Below are positions 1 through 12,974 of a stretch of 64,000 bases of DNA, one piece after another (position 1 is the stretch's first letter; the number at the start of each line of letters is the position of its first letter). Made by a program: the position numbers and the translations under genes. Under the pieces are notes generated by a model. That model worked only from the letters and a program-made list of their open reading frames with translations, was not told the DNA's origin and ran no database searches. This DNA comes from the human T2T-CHM13v2.0 reference genome, Homo sapiens. The stretch lies in NCBI RefSeq assembly GCF_009914755.1, contig NC_060944.1. One strand, 5' to 3'.

Positions 1-1277
1 TATTGTATGATTCTATTTATATAATCTAGACTAGGCAAAATTTATCCATGATGATAGTAATCAGATTGAAGGATCAGTGGTTGCTTGGTGGAAATTGACT
101 GAGAAGGGAAATAGTCATGTAAGAATACTGGCAAATGTCCTCTTCCCCATTACAAACGTCTGAGAAAGTTACTAGAAAACAGAATCCAATTTGCCTTCTC
201 ACCCCCAACTTTGTAATCTTGAATCCAGATCCTGATTCCACCCAACCACTCTGCTGAATGGATAGCAGCTATATTAGAGAGACAATATAGTGGGCCTACT
301 AGTTTTAAAAAGTCATCCAAAGAATGTCATCTACAATCAGTTAAATTAGATTTTTACCCATTACTGAAGTGTGATTGAATTAGGGAAAGAGGAGAGGTGG
401 TCAAAGGCAGCCTTCTCCAGTGGATTCCTTGTCTTCTTGAGATGGTTTTGTGAGACCTTGCCTGGAAGACCTAGGTGGATAGTTTATTTTCTAAAAGTAG
501 TCAAGAAAGCTTGTTCAGGGCATTGAACACTGCAGGGACAAGCATACTTCTTGGAGGCCAGCCATCTCCTGCTGGATCTAAGCGGGGTGGCTTCTGCCTC
601 CACCTCCATCTCAGCTTATTTGAGAGAATCCTAGATCCTTGGTGCAGAAGCCCAGCCAGCCTGTGAAGAAAAGTTGGTCTGGTAGTATCCTGTGAATGAC
701 GTGCGGGTTGGGTTTTTCTAAATCTCGTTTACCTGACTCCTACCTTACATTCCAGTGGTGTGACTAAGGAACTGAGCAAACGTAACCCTAGGGGACTTTG
801 AGACAGGCTTTGGTAGTCCATGTGCACTAGAGTGAGGGGAAAGAGGCCACTCCAGAGTTGGGTACTCTACTGTTGAAGGTGAGCCTTTTGTGTCCAATTT
901 TTCCGTGCATGTGTAAGAACAGTTGTCATGGAGATTTACTACTGACTTGTGCATGAGGACAGCTTATATCTCACCTTTTCTTATTCACCCTGTTAAATGT
1001 CAAAATGTACTAAGACTTAGGTATTTTTTCTGTGTCACCAACTACTAAATCACCCACCCATGATAGCAGGTAGTTACTGAAACTCTTGTAGCCAAACAAG
1101 TGCATAACACTGGTACACATGATGTGAGAGTGCAGATGACTCCTTAGCTTAACTGTGTAAGCTTTTAATTTCTGAGTACTTTTAGGATTGAGAAGTGGAA
1201 GACATTCTTGCTCTAGGTATCTCATGCTTCTGCACACCCAGAAGGCTGGTTGCGCCCCCACCCCACCCCCCGCCCCC

Positions 1278-1321
1278 TTTTTTTTTTTTTTTGATAGGGT
1301 CATGCTCTGTTGCCCAGGCTG
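1278..1321 (-). mobile_element. Severely truncated Alu 3' end
   Basis: poly(T) + gatagggtcatgctctgttgcccaggctg; flanking direct repeat AAGGCTGGTT. Confidence 0.7.
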
Positions 1322-2249
1322 AAAGGCTGGTTATCTTCACCACAGGTCTTATGTCTCAAGGACCACGGGTCCACGTCATAGTCAGGAACCAGGCATGTGT
1401 GGGCAGAAATCACTACCACTTTCCTTTGTTGCGGGTGGGGAAATTAAGAGCAGAGATTCTTGGATTCTTAAATTCCTTCTCTATGTTTATGTCATCTAGT
1501 CTGTTTTATGCTGTTTTATGTAATTCCCTGCTTCTGGATTTCTTGAATTTTTTTCCCCTTCTCACTTGTCATAATTGGCTCTTGCTTGTGAGTCTATTTT
1601 CATTCAGCTTGGTAGCAGAAGTCTTCTTCACTATTGTTTAGATTCAGTTTTCACATGGTTTTAGTAACCCTTCATTGGGTTTAGAATCAACTTTTAACCC
1701 TTCCACCAAAAGCTCTTATTTTTTTAAAGGCTTCCCAGAAACATAGTTTCTCTCAATCTCATCAAGAAATGCTTTTAAATGCAGAAGTTAGAAAATGGTG
1801 AATAATTATGGCTGTTCCTGGAAGTCATTGTGTCCTTAGTAATTACATGTTGTAGTCTTTGGTTCTGCTTCTTTGACAGCTCCACCACACTGTAATTTAA
1901 TGGAATTCACTTAGATTTAATGGAATTCAGTCCTGGTAGAAAACTGCTATTGGGTCACAGAGTTGGCAGCAAGGCTGTGAAATTGATGTGGGAATGGGGG
2001 TGATTATGTGCTTTGTGTTGACAGAAGTTAGTTTTTGGGACATCCCATGTGGGTTTTTCCCAGGAACATAAACATTTTAGAGAATTAGAGCTAGAAACTT
2101 TCTTCTGGGAAAGCCTTAGAAGTCAGTTGTGCTTGGCAGTGAGATGGGACAATGTGCATTCTTAACAGGTTAAATGTGCCAAACTCTCTCTTCAGTACTA
2201 TTCTTTTTTACGTTTGCTTAAGGTCAAGTTCCTGCTCTTTTGTTCAAAG

Positions 2250-2391
2250 TCTTGCTTTGTCACCCATGGTGGAGTGCAGTGGCGTGATCTTGGCTCACTG
2301 CAACCTCTGCCTCCTGCGTTCAAGCAATTCTTGTGTCTTAGCCTCCCTATTAGCTAGCTGGGATTATAGGCTTGCGCCACCTTGCCTGGCT
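2250..2391 (-). mobile_element. Alu right-arm fragment
   Basis: gtcttgctttgtcaccc...gagtgcagtggcgtgatcttggctcactgcaacctc. Confidence 0.85.
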
Positions 2392-2457
2392 ATATTCAAA
2401 GTCTGTCTTTACTACACTGTCCCAAAGTAATCTACATTTGGGTTTGGGTCTTTACAG

Positions 2458-2601
2458 GGTGAGAAGGACTGGCAGAAATACGAGACTGCTCGGCGGCTGA
2501 AAAAATGTGTGGACAAGATCCGGAACCAGTATCGAGAAGACTGGAAGTCCAAAGAGATGAAAGTCCGGCAGAGAGCTGTAGCCCTGTACTTCATCGACAA
2601 G
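2458..2601 (+). CDS. TOP1: DNA topoisomerase I exon 14 (GEKDWQKY...LYFIDK)
   Basis: tttacag|GGT ... AAG|gtgag, 144 nt. Confidence 0.97.
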
Positions 2602-3271
2602 GTGAGAGCATCTTCCCATCGGCATTGTCTAGTGTTGAGCTTAACAAAGGGAGTTTCTGCTCTGCCCCAGGCCCTGTGCCACATACTGTATATCACAACT
2701 CAACATACATATATTTGTATGTAAAACTGAATCAAAAGTTGCACAAAACAATGCTTAGCCTTACTGTGAGCAGTAGATTCTGATCTTTTTTTAACTCTAT
2801 TTCATTCCTTTAGAAAGTTGGTTATAACTTATAAAATTGTTTAAATAAACCATGCAGGTATCACCATTATATAGTTTTAAAGACCACGCTCTAGAGGAGA
2901 TCAATTTCTTGGTACTCACGAGAAGAAAAAAAAGTTCATGTTTTTCCCCCAGTCTTGTATTTTAACATAAGTTCTGAATTGTCTCAAAATTCACACTAGC
3001 TTTTTGAGTTTGATTGCCCAGAGTAGCAGCACTCCCTCATTTGCTGCCTTATTTAATTTTTTTTTTCCTTTTCTCCATCCCTATTTCAGAGGACAGAATA
3101 GAAAGAAAAGGAGCATGAATATTTAACATCCCTATAGATTTCATAGTGAGTGGGGGAGGAAGTAACACTGCAGAATCCAGAGTTCCCAGGCCATGCTGAC
3201 TGATGCTGTGGCTTCAAACAGAATTGGGAGGCTTCTGTTTTGGATGCCTAGAAATTGCATAAGGGTCAAAA

Positions 3272-3831
<560 letters not shown>

Positions 3832-3944
3832 GTAAGTTAATGTACCTGTACTGTCTGACTTGTTTTCCATTATTCAACAAGCATGGGTTGACTGCTTTTT
3901 TGTGTGCTTTGCACTTTGCTGGGCACCAGCAAAAGTGACTTGAG

Positions 3945-4123
3945 ACAGGCAACATGGCACATGCCTGTAGACCCAGCTACTCAGAAGGCTGAGACAGGAG
4001 GATCACTGGAGACCAAAAGTTTGAGGCTGTAGTGTGCTGTGATCACACCTGTGAATAGCCACTGTACTCCAGCCTGGGCAAAATAGTGAGACCTTGCCTC
4101 TCATATTAAAATAAATAAAAATA
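3945..4123 (+). mobile_element. Old Alu monomer (FRAM/AluJ-like)
   Basis: atgcctgtagacccagctactc...ccagcctgggcaaaatagtgagacc; repeat tgacttga on both sides. Confidence 0.8.
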
Positions 4124-4701
4124 AATGACTTGAAAGAGGGGAGAGGTATTATTTGATATCTTGTGTACCTCCTTTTAGTCACTGTTCCGCCCTGTGCTAC
4201 CTTCCTGGTAAGGAGTGGCCTTCTCCTATAGCAGTATTCAATGGAGCATGCTGTAGAATAGGCCCTTAGAGCAAACTCAGCATATGATTTAACTATATCT
4301 TAGTATCCCCTGGTCATGTGGTACATTTGTCACTTTTCATCTTTGCTCAGCCTTTCTCCAACTCCTGACTGAGTGAAAGGTTAATGTTAGTCCCCAGATC
4401 TCTGAGCCCATCACTGAAGAGGGTACTATAGCTCTGTAGTCCCAACCTAATCTTTTCCATAGTATTGGGCTTGAACCAGAGACTTACAGTGTGCAGGATC
4501 CTAATAATCCAGCCCACCAGCAGTCCTCTTCTTATAAAGACACCTCTTCTCATAAGGACACCATAATCAGTAATCAGGTTTTGCTGGCTGTGGAAGTACT
4601 CTGGACAGATTAGATAACAGTATGTATCAATGTAAATTTTTGAAGCTGATACTGTGTAAATGTAAGGGAATATCTATTTTTAGAACATACACACTGAAAT
4701 G

Positions 4702-4812
4702 TTTAGGACCATATTATAAGTAAGTACTTACAAATGTACTTTAGGACCATATTATAAGTAAGTACTTATAAATGTACTTTAGGACCATATTATAAGTAAG
4801 TGCTTATAAATG
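4702..4812. repeat. Minisatellite, ~3 x 38 bp (tttaggaccatattataagtaagtacttaYaaatgtac)
   Basis: Unit starts at 4702, 4740 and 4778. Confidence 0.95.
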
Positions 4813-5046
4813 GCTCAGAACAAACAATTATGTATATATATCTGTAAATATACACATGGAGAGAGTGAGCATACATGCACACTGTGCAAATGATGAATGG
4901 GGTAAAATGTTAACAGTGAATCTCGGTGACGGATGTATGCGTGTTCCTTGTGCCTTTTTCTTTGCAAGTTTCTTTAAGTTTGGGGTTATTTCTAAAGTTA
5001 GGATTTTTTTCAAGAGTAATAATTAGGATTCACTTATATCTTTTAG

Positions 5047-5115
5047 GTTTTTAAGAACCTACAACTATTTATGGAGAACAAGCAGCCCGAGGATGATCTT
5101 TTTGATAGACTCAAT
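5047..5115 (+). CDS. TOP1: TOP1 exon 16 (VFKNLQLFMENKQPEDDLFDRLN)
   Basis: ttttag|GTT ... AAT|gtgag, 69 nt. Confidence 0.96.
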
Positions 5116-5467
5116 GTGAGTAGATGAAGCACACAATGTTGAAGGGAGTCCCAGCCAGAGCCTCACAGTACCTAAAGGGGAGGGTTGCTGGCAGATGACT
5201 TGGGCTCTCCCTTTAGCCTGGCCTGCTCTGTGGCATCCCATACACTCTCTCTTCCTCCCTCTGAGTCCACGGTGAATCTGTAGTCAAGAGAAGACACATC
5301 TGCTGCAGAACAACTGCTAAAGCACTCAGGGTGGGGGGTAGATGAGCCCTACCTTTTATCCTTCCCTGCTCCTGCAGAGCTTTCCCTTCACTGAATGCCC
5401 AGCCACCCCTGCTGGAGACCCAAAACCTGTCCCTGATATCTTAATAGGGAAGGAAAAATTTGCTTTA

Positions 5468-5745
<278 letters not shown>

Positions 5746-5953
5746 ATACACACACACAAAGATTGAAATACTTCATAGAGAGGCATCATGTAACCCTGTA
5801 TTCTGGAATTCTTTTCCTCTTTCCCTAACTTCCCACTTGTAGGGCAATAAACTTGACAAGATTGTGACTGCACTGGCATAAATTACTCCTAGGGCTGCCA
5901 GAAGGAGCAGGTAGTATAGCTTTGACCTAAATCTGTTGCTTTGTCTCCTCCAG

Positions 5954-6068
5954 ACTGGTATTCTGAATAAGCATCTTCAGGATCTCATGGAGGGCTTGAC
6001 AGCCAAGGTATTCCGTACATACAATGCCTCCATCACGCTACAGCAGCAGCTAAAAGAACTGACAGCCC
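5954..6068 (+). CDS. TOP1: TOP1 exon 17 (TGILNKHLQ...[22 protein letters not shown]; catalytic R590)
   Basis: ctccag|ACT ... GCC C|gtaag, 115 nt. Confidence 0.96.
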
Positions 6069-6746
6069 GTAAGTATTGCTTGGCCAGATAGGGCCCACAC
6101 CCCTACTAATGGTATCCGGTGACCTTGCTTATCTAAGGCCTAGAGTCAGTTCTACTTTTTTTCCCTACCATTGTGGTCAGACACTTTTTCCCTTTAGACC
6201 TCTAGTAGCGAGATAATGCTTTGTTGTATAAACATAGGATCAATGCTGTTTCCCCCTTCCCACCCCAACTTCAAGATTAATTTCATGGAATGCTGACAGC
6301 TTTTCACCTGCTACAAAAATGCCTGCATTTGTGTTTTATACATATATTACTTAAAAGCCCACAGAGTGAAGACAGTGCTGTGATGTTCTGTTAAATTGGA
6401 GAGAGTAAAGTTGTCATGGTTACCAGAAAAATACAGGAACAAGTCCTTTCCTTGAGGTTTCTGTCATTTTTTTCCCATAAGAGAGTAGATACTTTCTATA
6501 GCTGATTTTTAGAATATTATCACCAAGATCCACGGGCTTTTTTTTTCCTGGAGCCCAGTCACTATTGAATTTCCACTGCCCTCTGTAAATACATCAGATG
6601 GCCTTAGAATATGAACCAGAAAAGCCAGAGGTAGGTATGTTGAGGGTCAGTATTTTAAGGTGGTATAAAGAATGCCACACTATACAAATAAAAACAATTT
6701 TTTTGGATGGCATTTTTAATTTTTCTTTTTAAATAAGATACTACCA

Positions 6747-7036
6747 GGCCATGTGCAGTGGCTCACACCTGTAATCCCAACACTTGGGTAGCCGAGGCAG
6801 GAGAATCACTTGAACCCAGGAGTTCCAGACCAGCCTGGGCAATGTAGTGAGACCTTGTCTCTACTAAAATTTCTAAAAATTAGGCAGGTGTGGCGGTGTG
6901 CACCTGTCATCCCAGCTACCTGGGAGGCTGAGCCCAGGAGTTTAGGGCTGTAATGAGCTACGACCATACCACCGCACTCCAGCTTGGGTGACAGGGTGAG
7001 ACGCTATCTCTAAAATAATAATAATAACCATAATAA
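6747..7036 (+). mobile_element. AluJ-like
   Basis: Alu consensus with (TAA)n tail. Confidence 0.9.
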
Positions 7037-7052
7037 TACTACCAACTGTGGC

Positions 7053-7056
<4 letters not shown>

Positions 7057-7085
<29 letters not shown>

Positions 7086-7361
7086 ACGGAGTCTTGCTGT
7101 CACCCAGGTTGGAGTGCAGTGGCGCGATCTCGGCTCACTGCAAGCTCCGCCTCCTGGGGTTCACGCCATTCTCCTGCCTCAGCCTCCCGAGTAGCTGGGA
7201 CTACAGGTGCCCGCCATGTCGCCCGGCTAATTTTTTGTATTTTTAGTAGAGACAGGGTTCACCGTGTTAGCCAGGATGGTCTCGATCTCCTGACCTTGTG
7301 ATCCGCCCGCCTCGGCCTCCCAAAGTGCTGGGATTACAGGTGTGAGCCACCGCGCCCGGCC
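7057..7361 (-). mobile_element. AluY-like
   Basis: Long poly(T); gcaagctccgcctc and ttagccaggatggtctcgatctcc diagnostic segments; CpG-rich. Confidence 0.93.
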
Positions 7362-7845
7362 AAAATTTTTAAACTTTTAACGTCCCTTCAATTCCTCGTT
7401 CTGTTCTGGCTACATTGGGTGGAGAGGTGGGGAGGTAGGGAGTGGCCAGTATAGAACTTATGAATATGGGCAACAAACCATAGTAATATCAGCAGCACCT
7501 ATGATGAGCATATGGGTGGGGAGGAAGCAAGGAGATGAAGGGTCCCTAGCCAAGTTCCCTGAGTAAAAAGAAAGGTGTAGATTTTATTATATTACCTAGA
7601 CTCAGAGTTCCTCTTGTGATAGGAATTTACCCAGGCCAAGCTTACATATAAACTTCCTACTATCATTTTCTTAAGACTGTTGACTCAAATTTTGACCTTA
7701 GTCCTTGGGGGCAATTTGAATTAATCATCTGAGTAAGATAAGAGCCAGCAAAATCATGGGGACGAGGCACTGGGGGAAGACATACTGTGTGTTCACTTTT
7801 GGTGTACAAACTGACCCTCTTGCTACCATGTTCCTTTCTTTACAG

Positions 7846-7973
7846 CGGATGAGAACATCCCAGCGAAGATCCTTTCTTATAACCGTGCCAATCGAGCTGT
7901 TGCAATTCTTTGTAACCATCAGAGGGCACCACCAAAAACTTTTGAGAAGTCTATGATGAACTTGCAAACTAAG
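7846..7973 (+). CDS. TOP1: TOP1 exon 18 (DENIPAK...ILCNHQR...NLQTK; catalytic H632)
   Basis: tacag|CG GAT ... AAG|gtatc, 128 nt. Confidence 0.96.
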
Positions 7974-8719
7974 GTATCTTGGATAAAATGAAGGGAACTG
8001 TGTCTGCTGTGGGCAGATTATCTGCGAATGAGAGGATTCAGGGCTGAGATATCAGCAGGCCAGTGCTGGGTCTGTTGTAGAAGGTCTATGCTAAAGATAA
8101 ACAAATGGAAATATGATAGTAGTTAATCTCTGATCAAGATACTGAATATCAGAGTATCCATTATTCAAGAAATCTTTATTCTACGCATAGAAGTTCTATA
8201 CTGGCCACTCCCTATTTTGAAAAACTAACTTTGGTGTACATTCTAATTGCTAATTACTGTCCTTATTGTACATGAGGAAAGTGGATTTAAAGAGAGTCTT
8301 CATAATTCCTTGCTACAGCCCAGAAATACAGCCATTTCCAAATTAGATTGTTTCAAATTGAAAAGATGATGAAACAATTATATATTTAAAGTCTTTCAAA
8401 TCCTAGCATAGCTATTTTTATTTTTACGCATTCCACATGAATCATATTTTTATATAGTTCATCATCAAACATCTGTTGAATACTGGCCGTGTGCCAGACA
8501 ACTTGCTGCCCTAAAGGGAAAGACTGGTGTGCAAATAGGTGCTATTCCTTGTCCCTGAGCCTCTTTCCTCCTCCTAACTCCGCCTGGTACTGAGCTTTTA
8601 AACCATAAGGCACTTAACATTTGATGATGAACATTTTTGTGTTAGCAGTGACTTCATAACTAATTCATCCTAACATGGTGGTCCACAGTGAGAATTTGCA
8701 GATATTTCATTATAGAACA

Positions 8720-9243
8720 GATACACAGGGTTAAAAAGGAAACAAATTATATTGAAATACAGTTATCAAAATACATTTTAAAGTCCGATAATAGATGTGC
8801 TTCCTTATTAAGGTCTTGAGGTGGCCTGTAGTAAATTTCAAGGTAGTAATTAATTAATATCAATGATACTTTAAGATTTCTGCAGCAATTCAAATATGAA
8901 ATGAAGATGTCTAACATCTATTGATGATAAAGTCATAAGTGCTGCTGCTATTACTATGGTTTGTTCCCCATATTCATAACTGAAGAAGAAATACTAAATT
9001 TCAGCTAGAAGCTGGGTGCAGTGGCTCACACCTGTAATCTCAGCATTTTGGGAGGTTGAGGTGGGAGAATCACTTGAGCTGAGTAATTCAAGACCAACCT
9101 GGGCAACATAGTGAGACCCTGTCTGTATTAAAAATTTAAAAATAAATATAAATAAGTTCCAAAAAGAGGTTATTGAAATTATAGATTTTTTCTCATCCAA
9201 GTTCATGGAATTCTATACTTGTACAACTGGAGTTTAAGAACTA
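8720..9243 (-). mobile_element. hAT-Charlie DNA transposon relic (Charlie4a/MER80-like), interrupted by an Alu monomer
   Basis: ttatattgaaatacagttatcaaaat, ctaaatttcag and catccaagttca resemble the recalled consensus; subfamily tentative. Confidence 0.5.
9010..9155 (+). mobile_element. FLAM / Alu left monomer
   Basis: gctgggtgcagtggctcacacctgtaatc...gagaccctgtct + A-rich tail. Confidence 0.85.
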
Positions 9244-10389
9244 CTACTGTGGAATGAGACTGCATTTTAAGGCCCAGAATATTTTCCATTTGTTGAGATT
9301 TCCTTAAGATAAGTACCCATGAGTAATATAGCTGGTTCAAAAGGTACACACAACTTATAATTTATGCTACAGATGCCATCTGGCTTTCTTGAAGAGACGT
9401 ACATGTCCACAGTGAATGAGTATACATCCATAGACCTTTGATTCCTTGGATCATATGATTGGCAGGCAAAGAACTCTATAGACGGCCCATCCTAGCAGCT
9501 CACATTTGCTGCCACTCTGTTAAATGCTGGTCATCTGGAATTGTTTATTCTCCTCATGTTATCATTACAAGCCAGAAATAAAAGCATGAATATTCAGGTG
9601 CTGTTTACCTAATTCAGGAAAACCCCTCCCAGGAGCATGAGGAGGTCTTTTGTTGCTCTCGCTCTGGAACCGGGTTTGGGCAGCCCAGGCTGCCTGCCAG
9701 ATGAGCCCTCCAAACCCAGGATTCCTCTCCTGTGTGCCCACAAAGCAAACACACGCCCCTGTTTGCCAAGTGAATCAATGGAGTCTTTGATGCTTTGAGA
9801 GAATTTGACATAGCCTGCCAATTTAGCATTCACAGAAATGGTTAAAAGATCATGGTTTGCTACATTTCTATCCTAAAAAGAATCTGGCTAGTGGTGTCTG
9901 TGATGCTTTTGTATATAGAATCAGTCCCCTCAGTTTGGCTTTGGACAACATAGATGTTGGAAGTAAGCCATTCATAGTAAAACATATTTAGTGATCCTCT
10001 CACAATGGTGGCCTCTGTTTCCAATCTTGGGCTGTGTGTATCTAACAACAAACAATTCCAGGTTCAGTGAGCAGCCCAGTGTGTGTCAGACATGTTATTT
10101 ACTCCGTAGAGGTTGTCTTCACCTCACATAGATGACCATAGGTATGGGGTTCTCCTGCCCTCTGAGTAGCGTGAGCTCAGTGACAGGGGCTCTAGCTCCA
10201 TGTTGTTATCCACTGCTGTCTCTAAGCAGGAATCTGAGAAGAACTTAGATTCACCAGGGGTGCTTCAAAGATTCTAAGAAGCAAGAAAGGCTGAAACTGC
10301 CCTTGTCTCTTCCCTTATAGATATGGATTCCATGAGAGTTCACATGGGGAAAAAAGCTCCACAGCTAAAAGTGTTTTCACATCCATTGA

Positions 10390-10715
<326 letters not shown>

Positions 10716-11372
10716 GTGACCGCTCTCCTTTTAAAAACAGAATGCCAAAGCTAAGCCCTGCCATGTCCTGGTTTGGGACAGACTGGCTGAGCTGTTTGGC
10801 TTCCTGGGTGTCTTTTAATTGCCAGTTTGTAGCCCCTTGAGTACTCTCTTCAGTGCATCCATTTTCCTTGAGAAGCTGGCACCGCCTTCCCAGAGTACTG
10901 GTGGGATCTGAGGAACGAGCTGGGGTTGCCCAGTAGATGCAAGTATCCTGCTTCAGTTTCCTAAAGAGGAGCTCCTACAGTGTTCTTAGAATGAAAGCTA
11001 AGAACTGGCACAGGATCTATTTGATAAACAGCTGTCATTTGTAGCCATCCTCCCAGATGTATGACAGCAGAGTGTTCTCTGATGGAAAGATCAGCACCCA
11101 GATTCCCAGCCCCAGCGGGTTCCTTTCCCTGAGCCCCTAGGTTACTGCCCTGTAAAACCCTTGTTTCTTTCCAGATCACTGAAGAACAAATAGTTGAATT
11201 CACTAGTCCTTGTGCATCTTCTCCCTGCCTTCATGAAGCCACCCTTGTTTTTTTTTATCTGACAAACCACTGACAGAGACAGCCTGGTCCAGATAACATC
11301 TTGGTTTCACCTTCTCAGGTGGAGCCATTTTTCCTCTACAGCTCATAACCTTACCACTATTATTTCCCCTAG

Positions 11373-11467
11373 ATTGATGCCAAGAAGGAACAGCTAGCAG
11401 ATGCCCGGAGAGACCTGAAAAGTGCTAAGGCTGATGCCAAGGTCATGAAGGATGCAAAGACGAAGAA
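11373..11467 (+). CDS. TOP1: TOP1 exon 19 (linker, IDAKKEQLADARRDLKSAK...)
   Basis: cctag|ATT ... AA|gtatg, 95 nt. Confidence 0.96.
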
Positions 11468-11682
11468 GTATGTACCTGGTATTGTGAAAGTTGGGGCTGG
11501 TAGAGAAAAGTGTGCAGCATCTGTCAGGGCCCCTGGGGCCCTGGCTTTTCGATGGTTTCTGAGAAATGTCTTTTGGAAATCTCTATACTAGGGCTTTTAT
11601 TGACTCAAAGTGGCAGGATGGGTACAGTGTGCTCTTGTCTAGAGCCCAGGCCTGGTTCTTGAGGACTTTGCTATTCTTCTAG

Positions 11683-11832
11683 GGTAGTAGAGTCAAAGAA
11701 GAAGGCTGTTCAGAGACTGGAGGAACAGTTGATGAAGCTGGAAGTTCAAGCCACAGACCGAGAGGAAAATAAACAGATTGCCCTGGGAACCTCCAAACTC
11801 AATTATCTGGACCCTAGGATCACAGTGGCTTG
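11683..11832 (+). CDS. TOP1: TOP1 exon 20 (VVESKKK...[16 protein letters not shown]; active-site Y723 codon at 11804-11806)
   Basis: ttctag|G GTA ... TG|gtaag, 150 nt; SKxNY active-site motif. Confidence 0.97.
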
Positions 11833-12524
11833 GTAAGTGTTGAGCCCTCCTTGAGCTCCTGCTGCTAGCTTAAGAAAGGTGGAGGGGGTTCCGAGAGCAC
11901 TGGTGGCCTTCACATGCCATTCCTAAGCTACACACTTTAGTCCTCTGGGGAAACTTCTGGCTTCAGCTGTGTACAAGTTACTCTGGTTGCTGAACCTTGT
12001 CTGTAAATGCATTGCAACATTCTGGTTGCTCCTAAATGGTCAGTGCTGTTACACTGCCTTGTAGTGTATATTTTTAAGAGGCAGGTGCCATCCCTATTCC
12101 TAATGGAACTTTAGGACAGGAATGGAAACTCTTAGCTTCTGGAAGAATAGGAAAGAGCCCATCCATCTCTACACTTCAACAAAACTTTTCGTTGAATTTT
12201 TTTGCAGTTGAAGGTAGGAACAAGAGATAAAGATGAGAATACAGATCTGAGCAACTTACACAGAGAGGCAGAGGGACCTTTAACAAAAGCAGATAAATAC
12301 TAGGTTTCTCTGTGTGTCACACACAGTGTCACATAACATCTGAAACAAGTGGCTTTGTTATGGAAGATGTTTAGTTTGAGCTGTTAAGTTCTGAGCATAG
12401 GTGGAGATATCCTCCCCTATGGCACTTGCTAGTCCGGGCTAAAGTTTCCATCTAGGTCTTTTGTACCTCTTTCTGCTCGTTTTGCCTTGTTTGGTGCTAG
12501 AGATTTGGTTAGCTCTTAAAAGGC

Positions 12525-12750
12525 AATATAGTATAGTGGTTAAGAACATGGAGAAAAACTGCTTGGGTTCAAATTTCAGGTCACTTACCAGCTAGCTGTG
12601 TGAGAAAATCAGTAAATTACCTAACGTCTCTGCCTCAGTTTCATCTGTACGTTTTTCACTTGTACATCTGCAGAAGCACCTACTTTAGAGATCACTGCCA
12701 AGATTAAATGAGTTGATCACATAAAACCTTTAGAACATGCTTGGTGCACT
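12525..12750 (+). mobile_element. MIR SINE
   Basis: tagtggttaagaacatgg...gggttcaaat...tgcctcagtttcatctgta...agattaaatgag. Confidence 0.75.
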
Positions 12751-12871
12751 ATTAATTTGCATCCTCACTAGACAGATGTGAAAGAGAAGATGGAACATCT
12801 GACCCTGGGCCTCAGATATGGGCCATTGCTGAGTCACCCTAATCCCCCCCTTATTTCTCCTTTGTTTGCAG

Positions 12872-12974
12872 GTGCAAGAAGTGGGGTGTCCCAATTGAGA
12901 AGATTTACAACAAAACCCAGCGGGAGAAGTTTGCCTGGGCCATTGACATGGCTGATGAAGACTATGAGTTTTAG
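12872..12974 (+). CDS. TOP1: TOP1 exon 21 coding part ([12 protein letters not shown]...DEDYEF*)
   Basis: ttgcag|G TGC ... TTT TAG stop at 12972-12974. Confidence 0.97.

Noticed and set aside
1013-1028. AGACTTAG + T-tract resembling the Tetrahymena rDNA topoisomerase I cleavage site (also ~16958)
   Set aside because: Only the 8-mer matches, and about two hits are expected by chance in 64 kb on both strands
4702-4812. 38-bp palindromic repeats as a CRISPR-like array
   Set aside because: Units are head-to-tail with no unique spacers, and the context is a eukaryotic intron
11525-11543. Perfect palindrome CAGGGCCCC-T-GGGGCCCTG in TOP1 intron 19
   Set aside because: Short and low-complexity, with no other supporting feature
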